In this document: piece by piece, positions 12,287 to 24,620 of the stretch
How positions within the stretch are numbered: the stretch's first letter is position 1
How the letters are laid out: every line of letters starts with the position of its first letter
DNA from: Podarcis muralis
Taxonomy: Eukaryota
Direction of reading: 5' to 3'
Length of the DNA: 64,000 nt
NCBI RefSeq assembly: GCF_964188315.1
Contig: NC_135655.1
Location: 100,440,001 to 100,504,000, forward strand
The notes under the pieces: model-generated
Told to the model about the DNA's origin: nothing
What the model saw: only the letters and a program-made list of their open reading frames with translations
The model's database searches: none
Position numbers and translations under genes: made by a program

Positions 12287-13484
12287 TGAGCACATTTTAA
12301 TGGAAAGTAAGACCCACTGAAGATAATGGGGCTTATTTCTGGGTAAACTTATATGGTAGTGGACTATCAACTGAGACCATTTCTGCACTTGGCAATTATA
12401 ATGGTATAGTTGCATGTTTGATCCAGCATTTTCAAAAGAGTGATTATCTGTTCACATGTTGCTGTTATTAGAGAATGAATGTGGAGTTTTCCATTCCACA
12501 CCAATCCTGGGTTGTTTCTGAATTGAGAAACATTTTGTGGCTGTAGTCACATCCCTTATATACCCTCATGTTCCTCCAGCCAGTAAATGTCAGAGTTATT
12601 AGCATGTGCATGGGAATAGCACATTTGCCCTCAGGTCTGGCACTGATCAGTTGGGTGCACCAGAGCTCTGAGAAAAAAGACTTTGGCAGTCCAACCCACC
12701 ATTGAATCCAATGGGTTTTGACTATACGTGATTTTGGCTTTACATGCTGCCCTTAGAATATACCCCCAGAATGTAAATTGAGAGTCACTGTATTTCATTG
12801 GGACTTGTCATCCCTGTGTTGGCCTATCATTTAAGTAACAAATGGCCTCCAAATTGAGGCAAAATCCATAGGCTTAGCTGTACCCTTAATTTATAAGTCA
12901 GTTTCTCAGAAATGATAATAAACATGACTTTATTGAACCAATTATTTAAAGAAAAACGCATAGTCTTTTTGTTTTCCAGCTTAGTGTATTATCCAAACTG
13001 AAGAAAATGTCAACTCCTCCTGGCCACCTACCCAGCAGGGAGCTGCTTGTAAAGTGGTCTATCGGTTGCCTTGGGTTTATTTTTGAAGAAAGGTGGGCGA
13101 TAAATGTTGAAAATCTTTATTTTTATTGTACTGTCACTTCGTTTTAAAGTTTTTAAAACCACCCTTATAATTCCATATTAAAGAATGGTCTAAAAATGTG
13201 ATAAAATCAACACATGTCTTAGTGTGCTGGGTGCTTGGATGACTGCTATGTCAGTGTTAGTATCAGGGACTAGCATGTGTCTATACCTTCTAAAACTGCC
13301 AGAGACTTCTAAAGATAGAACCAAAAGAAGATTGGCAAGGTGTCTGGGATGGTCATGAAGGTTTGGAGGAGGAGGAGGAGGAGCTTATTGCATTCTCAGT
13401 GGCAAGCACAACATGGCATTATTTAAACTGAATTGGGTCAGAACATGTCATAGCTTAATGTTTGCTTATTCTAAGGCAGGTATG

Positions 13485-13600
13485 TGGAACCTCAGGCCCT
13501 CCAGATGTTGCTGGTCTTCCAGGAGTGTCAAGGAGCATAGCCAATGGCCAGGGTGATAGAAATTGTAGTTCAGCAACAATAGGAGGGCCAAAGTTTTGCC
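13485..13600. repeat. squamate short hairpin-type repeat (GGCCCTCCAGATGTT...ACTACAA..CCCATCA family)
   Basis: Related copies at about 16770-16822, 18355-18445, 19975-20105, 27290-27410 and 46965-47080. Confidence 0.65.
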
Positions 13601-16600
13601 ATTCTTGTTGTAAGGCAATCTTAGGTGGGACAAAGCTACCCATATCTACTAGAGGGTGTTGTTGGGGAAATCTTCCATAGATCCATACTCTGATCCCTCA
13701 AGCAAGCACACAACTTTTCTCTCACTTGTCAAGATCTTTGGGACTTTTCACCATTCATTTCACAATCATGGACTTCTGGCCTTGTCCTGTTTCCTGTAAT
13801 GCCACTGCAATGGCTACATACTACAATGCTTTATGTGAGATATATTGATGTACTAGTAGCTCAGTTCTCTCCCATTCTACGTGCTCTTGTGGTGGGAAGT
13901 AGAAAAGTCTTACAACCGCTGGGCAAGCTCTGGTTTCAATGCACAGCCTGAACCTAACCATGGTGACTCGGAAGTAAGATGCTGCATATGTTTCCCTTAA
14001 AACATAATCAGCGTGGATTCCTTTAAGAGTCCCTCATGTACTAGAATTCCTGTACATTAAACCACTACAAAAGGAAAATGGGGAATTTGAGATTATGACA
14101 AGACTGGAGAGGAAGACTGGAACTTGTTTGTACACCAGTGCATCATCCTTCAGTATTGTCTTTGAAGTTTATTATAGTATTGTTTTCTTTGCAATTGTCT
14201 GCTTCTAAAGATTGTTGTCTTAAACATCAGAAGAGCACACAACAGCAAAGCAAATGTTCTGTGCTGGGAATCTGGAAACCAAACTGCCTCTCTCACAGAC
14301 ATCCAAGGTATCTGCAAGCATCTTCTGCCAGGTACCTGTAATCCAATTTTCTAGAACAGTAGTGCACTTCGTGTTATTCACAGCTGTAATCATGTTGGAG
14401 CTGTCAAGTGTTGTCTCCGTATCTTCAATTTACTTCTCAAACTAAATCCTCCACTCCTTTGTGTGCTGAGGCTGCTGTGGCCTGGAACTCATCTAGTCTT
14501 TTAGTAACATCTTCCAGATTTGTTTTAAACTGATTAGACACTGCTGAAGAATCAAATTCTCTCCCCCGGATAGTACAAAGCCATGTGTTGACAGACCTGG
14601 CTTCCAGCCATCAGCCACGTGATGACGCCGCACACTGCAGCTTTTGACAGCCCGGGTTTCGTACTGGCCTTCCTGAATGCTCATACATGCTGAAAAATTA
14701 AAATAAAACAAACTATAATGTGACAGGATGGTTTGAGCAATTAGAGAAAAGGAGGGAGGGAGAGCTAGAAGAGAGCTGAACCAGCGAGAAACTTTAATTA
14801 AAGGCCCCTTTTATATTGGCTCTGTGGAAGAACCTGTAGAATGCTTTCATTGTTCAAATGGTCAGCCTTAAATGTTTTGAATGCAGCTACTGGAGACAAC
14901 TGGCCACACAATCTGAAGTATGTTTGCTCGTCATATTTGATGGGCTTACTTGCTAGAAATTGTGCTTGGGAATGCACCCTGAATACCAGGTTGCAAGCAA
15001 AGCCAAACCAAATTTTGATACCAAAGTCAGAAAATGCATGTCCATGGCAATCGAGTTCTGCAGTATTCTCAGAGTTGGGCACCTGAAGTTCTCTTGTGGT
15101 CTTAATGGGAAAGTCAAGATTGTCTCCATCATCTCTTCCCTTATGAATAGTCATGGAAAGCAGTAAAAGTTTCTCTGCTAATGTATGTGCCATCTTCCTT
15201 CTGTTGAGAGCTGGATGCAGACTAAATGAGTTGTGCCTAGTTGTTACTGAACTCAATGGGACTTGAGTCAAGGCTAACTTGACCCATTGATTTCAGTGAG
15301 ACTGAAGCACTAAGTTGCTTAGATCTAACCCAATGTTATTTTCCAGATGCAGACTGAAGAATAAAGCTGGTCCTTCAAAATGAGTTTAAACAGCAGGTTA
15401 GCAGGCAGCCCAGACTTTCTATGCCCCCTTCCACTTGGCAAAATTGGTCCTTCTTTACAGCTCCATAATCCCAGGAGTACAATCTGAAACATATTTGATG
15501 CGGAGAAACTCCAGAAGGGGAAAGGAAATAAAACCTGCCTCCTCCATAGCTGAACCAAGTGTGGTTCTGTGTGTGCATGTGCTACGTATGTCTTTCTGTG
15601 AAGGTTGTGTATGTAGTTATGCATGTGTGTGTGTTTTAATAGTGTCTGACAGTGTGCTATCTACACTCACTTTTTGAATGTGGCCCCTGGCAGCTTTCCT
15701 TTAGGGTAATGTGGACCCAAGTCCAGAAAAAAATCTCACCCTGGCACACACAAACTGAAATCAAACTATTCCTGCCCAAACTATTCTTGGGCTGTGATTC
15801 ATTACCTAGCTACAACAAGGAAAGTATGGCACTGAAAAATCCAGAAAAAGTAGACCTGAAATTGTGCTTCTTTTTAATGTAAATTAATGGTTTAATCCTG
15901 TCTGGATTGACCAACCCTGTAGCTAATTATCACTGAAAAAACAATGCTCATGGTTCACACATTTCAGAGATGTTGAGGTTCACACATTCAAAAGAAGGTT
16001 CTCACCTCAAAACCTGATGCAAAGCTGACTTCAGAATGTGGTGTCTTCCATGGAACAAGACAGTTTGCTAGTTAAACCTTTTATTATTATCATCATACTA
16101 AAATACCCCAATGTGTTGTGTCTGTATGGTGTAGTAAATATGCCTGACATATTTAAGTAAAGCTCCCATACACAATAAGCAAACAGAGGCAATCTCTAGC
16201 TACCTTTTCCTTGCTGCGTGCTGCAGAACATAAAAAAACCAGGCATTGTAAGTGGCAAATATATACCATCCCAATACAGGTGCACCTATACACCTGTGTC
16301 ACAAATGACACGTGTGAACTCTCTCACTCCCCTCTCTCTGTCTCCATGATTACCAGTTCAAATAGGCCATGGTTGATGTTTCTTTCTGGTATTTAATGTC
16401 AATCTTTCCCCATTGCCTTTCAGTAAAAAACAAATGCTGATTGTGATTTTAGTTTTAAAATAAAATATATATTAAAGCAACCTATAGCAGCAGCAGATGT
16501 AAAACATACAGCTGACTATAAAAGCAAAATACCCATAGTTATAACCATAAATAAAATAAAATGGGTGCCAGGTAAATACTTGAAGCTAAAATCCAACAGC

Positions 16601-16929
16601 TAAAGCAAGCAGGGCTGAACGTATGGCAGAACCAAGCCATATTCATGATCTGATCAGAAATGCTTGCCTGGCAATCCTGCATGGAGCAGAGGGGTTTCAA
16701 AGGCAGTGTGTGAATGCTTGGGAGCCAGCATCTAATAGTGTGTAGCCTATTGGGCTAGATATGTGAATAACCCATCTGTGGCCCTCCAGATGTAGTGCAT
16801 TCCTGCTCCCATCAGCCCCTACACTCAGGTTTGTATAGATGTGTAACTAAAACCATATATCTTAAAGACACCACAGTCTCTCCATTGACCTTCATTCCAA
16901 GGAAACTGAACTCTGGATAGGTGTAGGCA

Positions 16930-18071
16930 TCTCAGAGATATTGTTAGCAGGGTTAGCAGTGGTGTTAGCATGGGGATTGTGTTTCCTGGAGTAGGAACTT
17001 TACTAAGTAAAGATGGAGGGAGAAAAAACAGCAGGCCAGGAAGTTGATGTTCCAGCAGGAGAGGCGGTTCAAAGAGAAGGTGGATGCTATGTACCAGGAA
17101 CTCCAGCAGCTTCAGGCAGAAATACCGAGAAGCATATTTGAGGAGAAGAGGGAGACTCAATGTGTCATGGCCTGGTTGGATGCAGAGGAATAGTTGGAGG
17201 AACCAATTGAGGAACCACCAAGGGAAGAAGACTCAGAGCCTGGGCTGTGGTGGCGGGATAATGATGAGCGGTCACAGGGAAAAGATGGAGAAGACTAAGA
17301 AGAAGAGGTGTCAGAAGATGAAGGGTTAACAGGGCTTAATGAGCTGGGAGAGTTTGTGGCAGAGAGAAGTCCGGAATCAGAGGCAGAAGCTGAAGCAAGA
17401 GAGTGGGAGGAGGGAGGTCAAGAGGCAGAGATGAGACAGGCTGGTGAAGAGTCATGGGTGTCTCTTCCATCCTGCTGCAACAAGCTCCCCTCCTCCAGTG
17501 TGGTGTAGTAGTTAAGAGCGGTAGACTCGTAATCTGGTGAACCGGGTTTGCTTCCACATGCAGCTGCTGGGTGACCTTGGTCTCTGAAGTCTCTCAGCCT
17601 CACTCACCTCACAGAGTGTTTGTTGTGGGGGAGGAAGGGAAAGGAGATTGTTAGCTGCTTTGAGACTCCTTAGGGTAGTGATAAAGCAGGATATCAAATC
17701 CAAACTACTACTACTCTTCTTCTTCTTCTTCTTCTTCTTCTTCTTCTTCTTCTTCTTCTTCTTCTTCTTCTTCTTCTTCTTCGTCTCCCTGAAGCAGAAG
17801 AGGCATGAAAAGGGCAGAGGAAACATTGGCTGCACGCAGACACAGTCTCTGATGGCTTGGGAAAAACCCTGGAGAAGAGGGGACTTAAGCAGCTGTGGGA
17901 AGGTGAGGACCTTCAATCTCAGCAACTGCTTCATGGAGGCAAGACCTACTGGATATGAGTCACTTTGCTCATTAGGCCTGACACTCCTGTACAGATTGTG
18001 TTTTTGCAAATAAAGAGTTAACGCCAACTTGCATGGTGTGATTTACTGATGGCTCAGTCCCTGCAACCACA
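16930..18071 (+). mobile_element. Gypsy-type LTR retrotransposon remnant (internal end plus 3' LTR from about 17163), interrupted by a SINE
   Basis: Purine tract GAGGAGAAGAGGGAGA just before TGTCATGG (17163); AATAAA at 18009; ends ...ACCACA at 18071; decayed acidic reading frame. Confidence 0.6.
17495..17782 (+). mobile_element. Squam3-like tRNA-derived SINE with (CTT)n tail
   Basis: tRNA-like A/B-box head GTGGTGTAGTAGTTAAGAGC...GGGTTTGC, CORE-like CAGCTGCTGGGTGACCTTGG, tail GATATCAAATCCAAAC(TTC)n. Confidence 0.85.
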
Positions 18072-18698
18072 GAAAAGAGATAAAGCTCACCCATTTGTGT
18101 CCATGGCAACTGGCAACTTACTTGGGTCTGCAAATGACAGTACTTAACTGGTCAGCTAAAGTCATTACCTTAACAAAGGAACTGGGTTGGTTGGTTCAGC
18201 AGGTTTCCCCTTATGGTTCTACTCTCACATAGGTTTGGAAGAGTTTGGAAGGAACCCACAGATATCTTCCAGACTGGCCCCAGCAAACCTATAGCAATAT
18301 TTTAGGCAATGAATTCCATGAGTTAATTATGTGTGAGATGAACAAACAACATATTGTGCAAACCTGTGCCTCCCATCAGTCCCTAGTCAGAATAATGGGG
18401 GTTATAGTCTAAAAACATCTAGAGGGCCACATGTCCCCTGTTTCTGGTGGAAGCAAACTGAACTCATTTGTCTTGGATCATAGGTCCCATTTTTGAGGGA
18501 AGGCTCTATCGCTCTTCCTGTTGCATGCAGAACACTCCTCACTAGTGGACACACAATGCATTTAAAATGCCTTTGGAATAATAAACGATTTACGGATGTA
18601 GGTAAAGAGATGTGTGTTTTTTAAAATAAAATAATAATTAAAAAAATGATGACACTTTGCTTCTCAGGAACAGACATCCGGGTGGTGGGGAGGAATCT

Positions 18699-19246
18699 NN
18701 NNNNNNNNNNNNNNNNNNNNNNNNNNNNNNNNNNNNNNNNNNNNNNNNNNNNNNNNNNNNNNNNNNNNNNNNNNNNNNNNNNNNNNNNNNNNNNNNNNNN
18801 NNNNNNNNNNNNNNNNNNNNNNNNNNNNNNNNNNNNNNNNNNNNNNNNNNNNNNGTGANNNNNNNNNNNNNNNNNNNNNNNNNNNNNNNNNNNNNNNNNN
18901 NNNNNNNNNNNNNNNNNNNNNNNNNNNNNNNNNNNNNNNNNNNNNNNNNNNNNNNNNNNNNNNNNNNNNNNNNNNNNNNNNNNNNNNNNNNNNNNNNNNN
19001 NNNNNNNNNNNNNNNNNNNNNNNNNNNNNNNNNNNNNNNNNNNNNNNNNNNNNNNNNNNNNNNNNNNNNNNNNNNNNNNNNNNNNNNNNNNNNNNNNNNN
19101 NNNNNNNNNNNNNNNNNNNNNNNNNNNNNNNNNNNNNNNNNNNNNNNNNNNNNNNNNNNNNNNNNNNNNNNNNNNNNNNNNNNNNNNNNNNNNNNNNNNN
19201 NNNNNNNNNNNNNNNNNNNNNNNNNNNNNNNNNNNNNNNNNNNNNN
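18699..19246. other. N gap (4-nt island GTGA at 18855-18858)
   Basis: Run of N. Confidence 0.99.
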
Positions 19247-21624
19247 TGATTTTTTATTTTATTTTATCCCCTAATAATAATAATAATAATCCTAGTTATA
19301 TTTTGTTAACACAAAAGAAGGGAGGTTCTAATTGTGAAAAATGAAGTAGCATAAAAAATGAAAAAAACAACCCAGTGTTTATGTATTCTCTGTACATATT
19401 TTCCCACAAGTCTGAATGTAATTCAGTGCACTCTTGTGACCACCAAGAAGTCTTGTGTTAAAAAATTGGAAATCCTGGGGCAAAAAGGAGAAGTCCTGGG
19501 CTAAAAATCAGATACTTTGCTTTGGCTCTTTTCACTTATATACATCTTCTCCTTTTCCCCATCAAATGCGCCTTTAATTTATTTTGTTACATAAGTAGAG
19601 AAAGCAGTTACAAACCTCAGGGAAGGACAAATAGAAAAAGAAAAGGGATTTTAAAAGGATAATACAATAACAGAGAGAAAAGTAAACAATGCAGAGGAGC
19701 TACAAATACTTTGCATCACATACTTCTTGGGAGAAAATTGCAAAGCCTTCTGCAGCATGTTCAAGCATGACATTACAGCAATCAGAGGACCATTTGCACA
19801 CTACACAATTTTTGGCATTATTGGCAGTTCTGGTCCACTTGCGTTGCCAGAGTACTTTAAGCTATTGGCCTGAAACATTTTTCCACCTGGTGCTCTCTGA
19901 TAGATTTGAAAGCTAAATCTTGCTAACATCATTTTTTACCTTCATCTGTCATCAAGTACTGTATAGATCAGTTGTGGGGAAAGCTTTGGCCCTCCAGAGG
20001 TCACTGAACTACATCTCTCACCATCCCCTACCATTGGCCATACTTGGTGATGCTGATGGAAGTGGTAGTTCATCAACCAATGGAGAGCCAAAGGTTCCCA
20101 ACACATGACATAGATGATTGTCTTTTCAAGCGGCAACCTGGCACATTATTTACATGTGTTAATCAGGGCGTCATTAAGCAAGCATTACATCCTACATCAT
20201 GATGATCTCAGAGCCACTTTAAGGCTAATTTCCCCATTCACATTGTTTTGGCTTTAGATGTGAACATGGTGGTCATCTAAGTGCTCCATCATGGTCCCAG
20301 ATGACCATTTACCATGCTACAACAGATTATCTTTGCTAGGAATAGTGCATAAATCTATATCTCTAACAACTGCCTGCATTAAGTGGGGAACTGAGCCTGA
20401 ATTTAGGAAGGAAAATGCGCAGCCTTATTTTTACTTTTACTTCCAGACACTTTGTTCAGTGTATGCTGTATTACTTTGTAACTTTTCAACAATTACAAGA
20501 ATGCTACTGCTACTGAAATTGGAAACTTCTAATTATGTTGGTGAATTTAAAAAGTTAAACCACTGACTGCCATTCTGGAAGGTAGATATGCACTTGCGTT
20601 TACACAGAAATCATTCTATTGAACTGTGGGTTGAGTCAAAGGGGCTTGACCTGAGGCAAAGGAGTAATTTTCATACGGACTTAATTTCATATAGGTGAAA
20701 ACAAACAAATAAACAAACAAAAACCCAGCCAATTTGGGACTGAGCATTCAAGCTAAAAAGTTTAGGGAAACAAATTCCTTGCTTCTGAAATTGGCCACAC
20801 CGACAGTAGCATGGCTGCACTCCTCAACCTAGTGGCATACCTTCATAACTTGAGCCAGAAAGCCTCAATGGTAATGGTGCTATGTTGTGACATAACATCA
20901 TCCCTACAGGCTTTCTTGGAGGAAAACTCTGCTTCCTCACCTTTTGGATACCCATTTTAAAGGTAAGTCCAATCCTCACAAAAATGTTTTGTCTTGTTTT
21001 TTTTTTAAAAAATCATTTGAGTTCCTTAAAGTCTTCTCCCCTGCAATCATTAAGGATGACTGGTCCCATGAAAAGGGTGTGTGTGGATTTTCATCCTGGC
21101 CCTGACTGTGGCTTACATGGCAGCAGAGTCAAAACCCATGTAGAGAACTCAGAAAAGAAATGAGCCAAGCCATAGGCTTCAGATCAGGTGCACCCATGGG
21201 TAAAACGCAATTTCGTAAATGTAACACCCCTGTGTTCATGGTCATGCACAATCATCCTAGCTTTTCTTTCACACCCACCAATCTTTTGCTCTCTTTCCCA
21301 TTCATCTATCCATGCATCGTATCACCTCTGTGTTTCACACATACACACCACTTTTTGTCCTACTGTCATTTATCCACACACACAAGCACACCCCACATCT
21401 CTTTCCCATTTTCTTTCTCTCCCTCATCCCTAAGAGACATGGTACATTCATACTCTCCTTCCCCAGCTGTCTGCTGCTGTGTCCTGCTATGGGCACTAAG
21501 AGTGGAAGTTTGGAAAATCCCTAGACTAGTAGGAGTTCCGTGGGGAATTTCTGAAAGGTGGTGCTTTGTCCTGGATCTGACCATCACTTGTCATATTCAC
21601 CTGTCATATTTTGCAACATATATA

Positions 21625-21971
21625 CATAGGCGCCGACTCCATGGGGCTTGAGGGGGCCCGAGCCCCCTCAAAAATTCGTTTGGGGGGGCTCTGCCCCCCC
21701 AATAATCTCCAGCGCCCCTCCAGCAGAGCGCCATCGCCGCCCCTCCCCCAGCCCAAAATGCACAGGGAGGGGCGGGCTGCATGCCTCCTGCCCTCCCTCC
21801 CGAGCAAAAGCTCCACCCAATTTCCTTTGGAGCTGATTAATAGGCGCAGCACGCTCTCCCCTATTCGCTCACGAGGAGGCGGTGCCACTTTATTTGCATA
21901 TTCATGAGCTTATTTATTATTCATGAGCTTTCCCGGGCCCCCCCAATATTTTTTATAAGTCCGCGTCCCTG
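21625..21971. mobile_element. hAT-type MITE, GC/CpG-rich
   Basis: Imperfect TIRs CATAGGCGCCGACT / AGTCCGCGTCCCTG; perfect 8-bp TSD CATATATA at 21617-21624 and 21972-21979. Confidence 0.9.
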
Positions 21972-22244
21972 CATATATAGTACTAGAAAAATCCCTCACC
22001 AGCTCTCATTAATTCTCAATTTTTGCCTCCATTAAAGGACCCTTTTTCAGTAGCTGAGCTACAGGTGGCGTGTCATGGCAATATATCCAATGTGTGCATG
22101 TCTACCTTGGGGACAGTCAGAAACAGTCCAACAACTCAAAATACCCTCAAAGCGAAGTGCTAATAGAGCTGTACTATGGCCTCTTCTTAATTCACAGTTT
22201 ACAGTGACTAGCAGATCAAATTTGTGATACGTACCAGAAAGGCA

Positions 22245-22345
22245 ACGCTAATCTGCATTCTAAACAAGCTGGAAAGAAGGGAGGAGACACACAGCTGGAA
22301 GACTTTATTAAAAGGGCATGGAGGCATTTGCTGTGGTTGTAAGGT
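22245..22345 (+). promoter_or_regulatory. candidate enhancer/promoter module
   Basis: TAATCT (22249), MCAT-like GCATTCT (22255), E-box CAGCTG (22292), TATA-like TTTATTAAAA (22304), then a GTT|GTAAGG donor at 22339. Confidence 0.3.
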
Positions 22346-22581
22346 CAATGAAAAGAGAAATAAGTGTGAAGCCTCTATGAACTCTTAAGGGCAGAAGCAT
22401 AGCCAATATTTGTCTGCAAAACCAAGAAAGGCAAATATACGTTAGGAAACATGATAGGAAGTGACACTGTTTTTAAAATCCAAAATACTTTCCCCCTTTA
22501 ACAGTTTTTCTCAAAGAAAATGCACAAGGGAGTGAGATAAGAATACAGATCATCATAATGTTAACTTTCTCCCTACTAGTG

Positions 22582-22927
22582 CATACCCCCAACATTTCTC
22601 TGTTGAAAATAGGGATGTCCCATTCCATAATGATAATTTTATTATTTAACCCCACATATCTCACTGGGTTGCCCTAGCCACTCTGGGCAGCTTCCAACAT
22701 ATATAAGAACACCATAAAACATTAAACTTTTTTAAAAAAACCTTCACTATATAGGATCGCCTTCAGACAGCTTGGGGGTCGGATAACTCCATACCCTCCA
22801 ACATTTCTCTAATGAAAATAGGGACATCCTTAGGAAAAGTGGGGCATTCTGAGATCAAATCAGAAACCGGGGTGGCTTCTCTAAATCAGGGATGTCCCTG
22901 GAAAATAAGGGGTTGTTGGAGAGTCTG
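22582..22927. mobile_element. composite non-autonomous DNA transposon carrying an antisense L2 3' tail
   Basis: TIR CATACCC..CCAA / TTGGAGAGTCTG; left end repeated internally at 22790; the intervening sequence is the reverse complement of the L2 tail seen at 42760-42870; flanks share CTAGTG. Confidence 0.7.
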
Positions 22928-23956
22928 CTAGTGATATGTGTGTATCTCCAGAGTCTGAAGTTGACAAGGCACCACCATCTCCAGCCTGCACTTTCTAGAC
23001 TCTAGAGCCTTTTCTTCAGCTCCTAAGAGCAGAATTCAAAGATTATGCAGGGAGAGTGAGAGATAAAAGATAGAAAAGGTCACTGTTAAACATTTTAAAT
23101 GCTCCTGAGTCAGGTCTGAAATTCTTGGCCTGAAGTTGCATAACTGCTTTGTGGACCTGGTGTTGAAACTGCTACCAAACTGGACAATTTTCTCACATTG
23201 GCGTGTGTACAGTAAATTGTTACACTTGTTCAGACTTCTTAAAAGAGGTAGCTGTTGAATAGAAAATGGTTTCTTTACAGCAAAGCAGTTAGTTTTTAGA
23301 ATTTAAAGCATTATTGACTCCTGTCAGATCAGTTTCCAGCCCTATTGACTCAAGAAGTAAATATAGAGGGAAAGTGAGGTCAAGTCCAGTAGCCAAGTCA
23401 ATTTTTATCCTGAGAATCAATACATGTTGATACTAGCCAAAAATTACACTCACTAAATGCATCTTTTATATTTATAGCAAGGACAGAAGAGAACCAGCAA
23501 GAAAATATGTTGCTATTAGATCTCCAAATCTACCAGGAAATTTTTAAAGTAGAAGTATGAATCTTTTAAAGACAGGCTGTCTTTATCTATCTATCTAGGC
23601 CCATAATCCAAACAAGCCTTAAAGTCCATAGAAAGAGAGCATAGCCATAGTGTCTGTGTTCCTCCTTCTTTTCAAACTCTTCAGCCAGAGTGTGTTTATT
23701 GTGTTAACAAAAGACTATAACAATTACTTTTTGAATGTTTGGAGCCTCTCTTTGACTTAGCCCACTTTACGCATCAAACTTTCTGGTTCCCAAGTTCCCA
23801 CTAGGGACATATGCAGGCAAGAAGTACGCCAAAGTGAGAAGACCTCTCAGTAACAAGCTTCCAAAGGGCTTTCAAACCCAGCAATTGCACTTGTTCACAA
23901 GAGGGAAGGGTTTCACCTATGGATGAAATTTGTATGGAAGTCGATCCCACTACACA

Positions 23957-24620
23957 CAGGGCTGTCTTTAGCATATGTGCTGCCGGGATGCAAAGATCCT
24001 CCCAGCACCCCCAAATTTAGTTTAGCCCCCAAATTAACTTTTATTATGCTTATCTCAGACACCACACTTACGCCTTATCACTTGTTTACGAAAGAAGGGA
24101 GGAAAAAGAAACATTTTTTTTTTATTTGCTCATTTATTTACAATACTTATACCTAAGTACACAACACCACCACACCTAAACTTATAAGTATTGTTTAGGC
24201 ACCTGCTTGGGAGAAACATCAGTCGTGTCAAAGGTGCCACTTGACCCCACTGCCGCATAGCAGCTCAGTACAATACGTAACATAATATTTTGATGTGTTA
24301 ATTTCAAGAGTTAATGACAAGCACTGCCATTGAGTCTGACAAGTGCCGCTGTTGTGAATGACAAGTGCCGCCACTGGTGTGGCGCGTCTTTGGTAAATGA
24401 GCACACAAAGTCAAAAGTCCTTTAGTGAAACAGTAGGTAGACATTTCAGTAATACCTATATATATATATTGTTTCTCTAGCTTGATCAAAATTATTTATT
24501 GTTTCATAACAGGTAGATAGTTAAGAGATTAGGCGGCTTCAGCAGTAGGTGCCTGGTGCCCCCCAGAATTCGGCGCCTGGGTGCCCCACACCCCTTGCAC
24601 CCTGGGTAAAGAGGGCCCTG
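23957..24620. mobile_element. hAT-type non-autonomous transposon
   Basis: TIRs CAGGGCTGTCTTTA / TAAAGAGGGCCCTG; 8-bp TSD ACTACACA / ACTATACA (7/8). Confidence 0.85.

Noticed and set aside
14100-14711. Minus-strand coding exon or pseudogene (acceptor at 14689; REFDSSAVSNQFKTNLEDVTKRLDEF looks coiled-coil-like)
   Set aside because: Stops in all frames, no good donor and no recognisable homology
14798-15271. 157-aa minus-strand ORF
   Set aside because: No recognisable domain; its start overlaps a short palindromic repeat; length is within chance expectation
17512-18027. Poly-Lys/poly-Phe/poly-Glu ORFs (also 40448-40798 and 42619-42938)
   Set aside because: Translations of SINE/LINE microsatellite tails
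18646-19274. Long ORFs containing X runs (also near 6.0, 9.7, 50.0-50.3 and 58.9 kb)
   Set aside because: Artefacts of N gaps; three gaps are exactly 132 nt, suggesting placeholder sizes rather than real lengths
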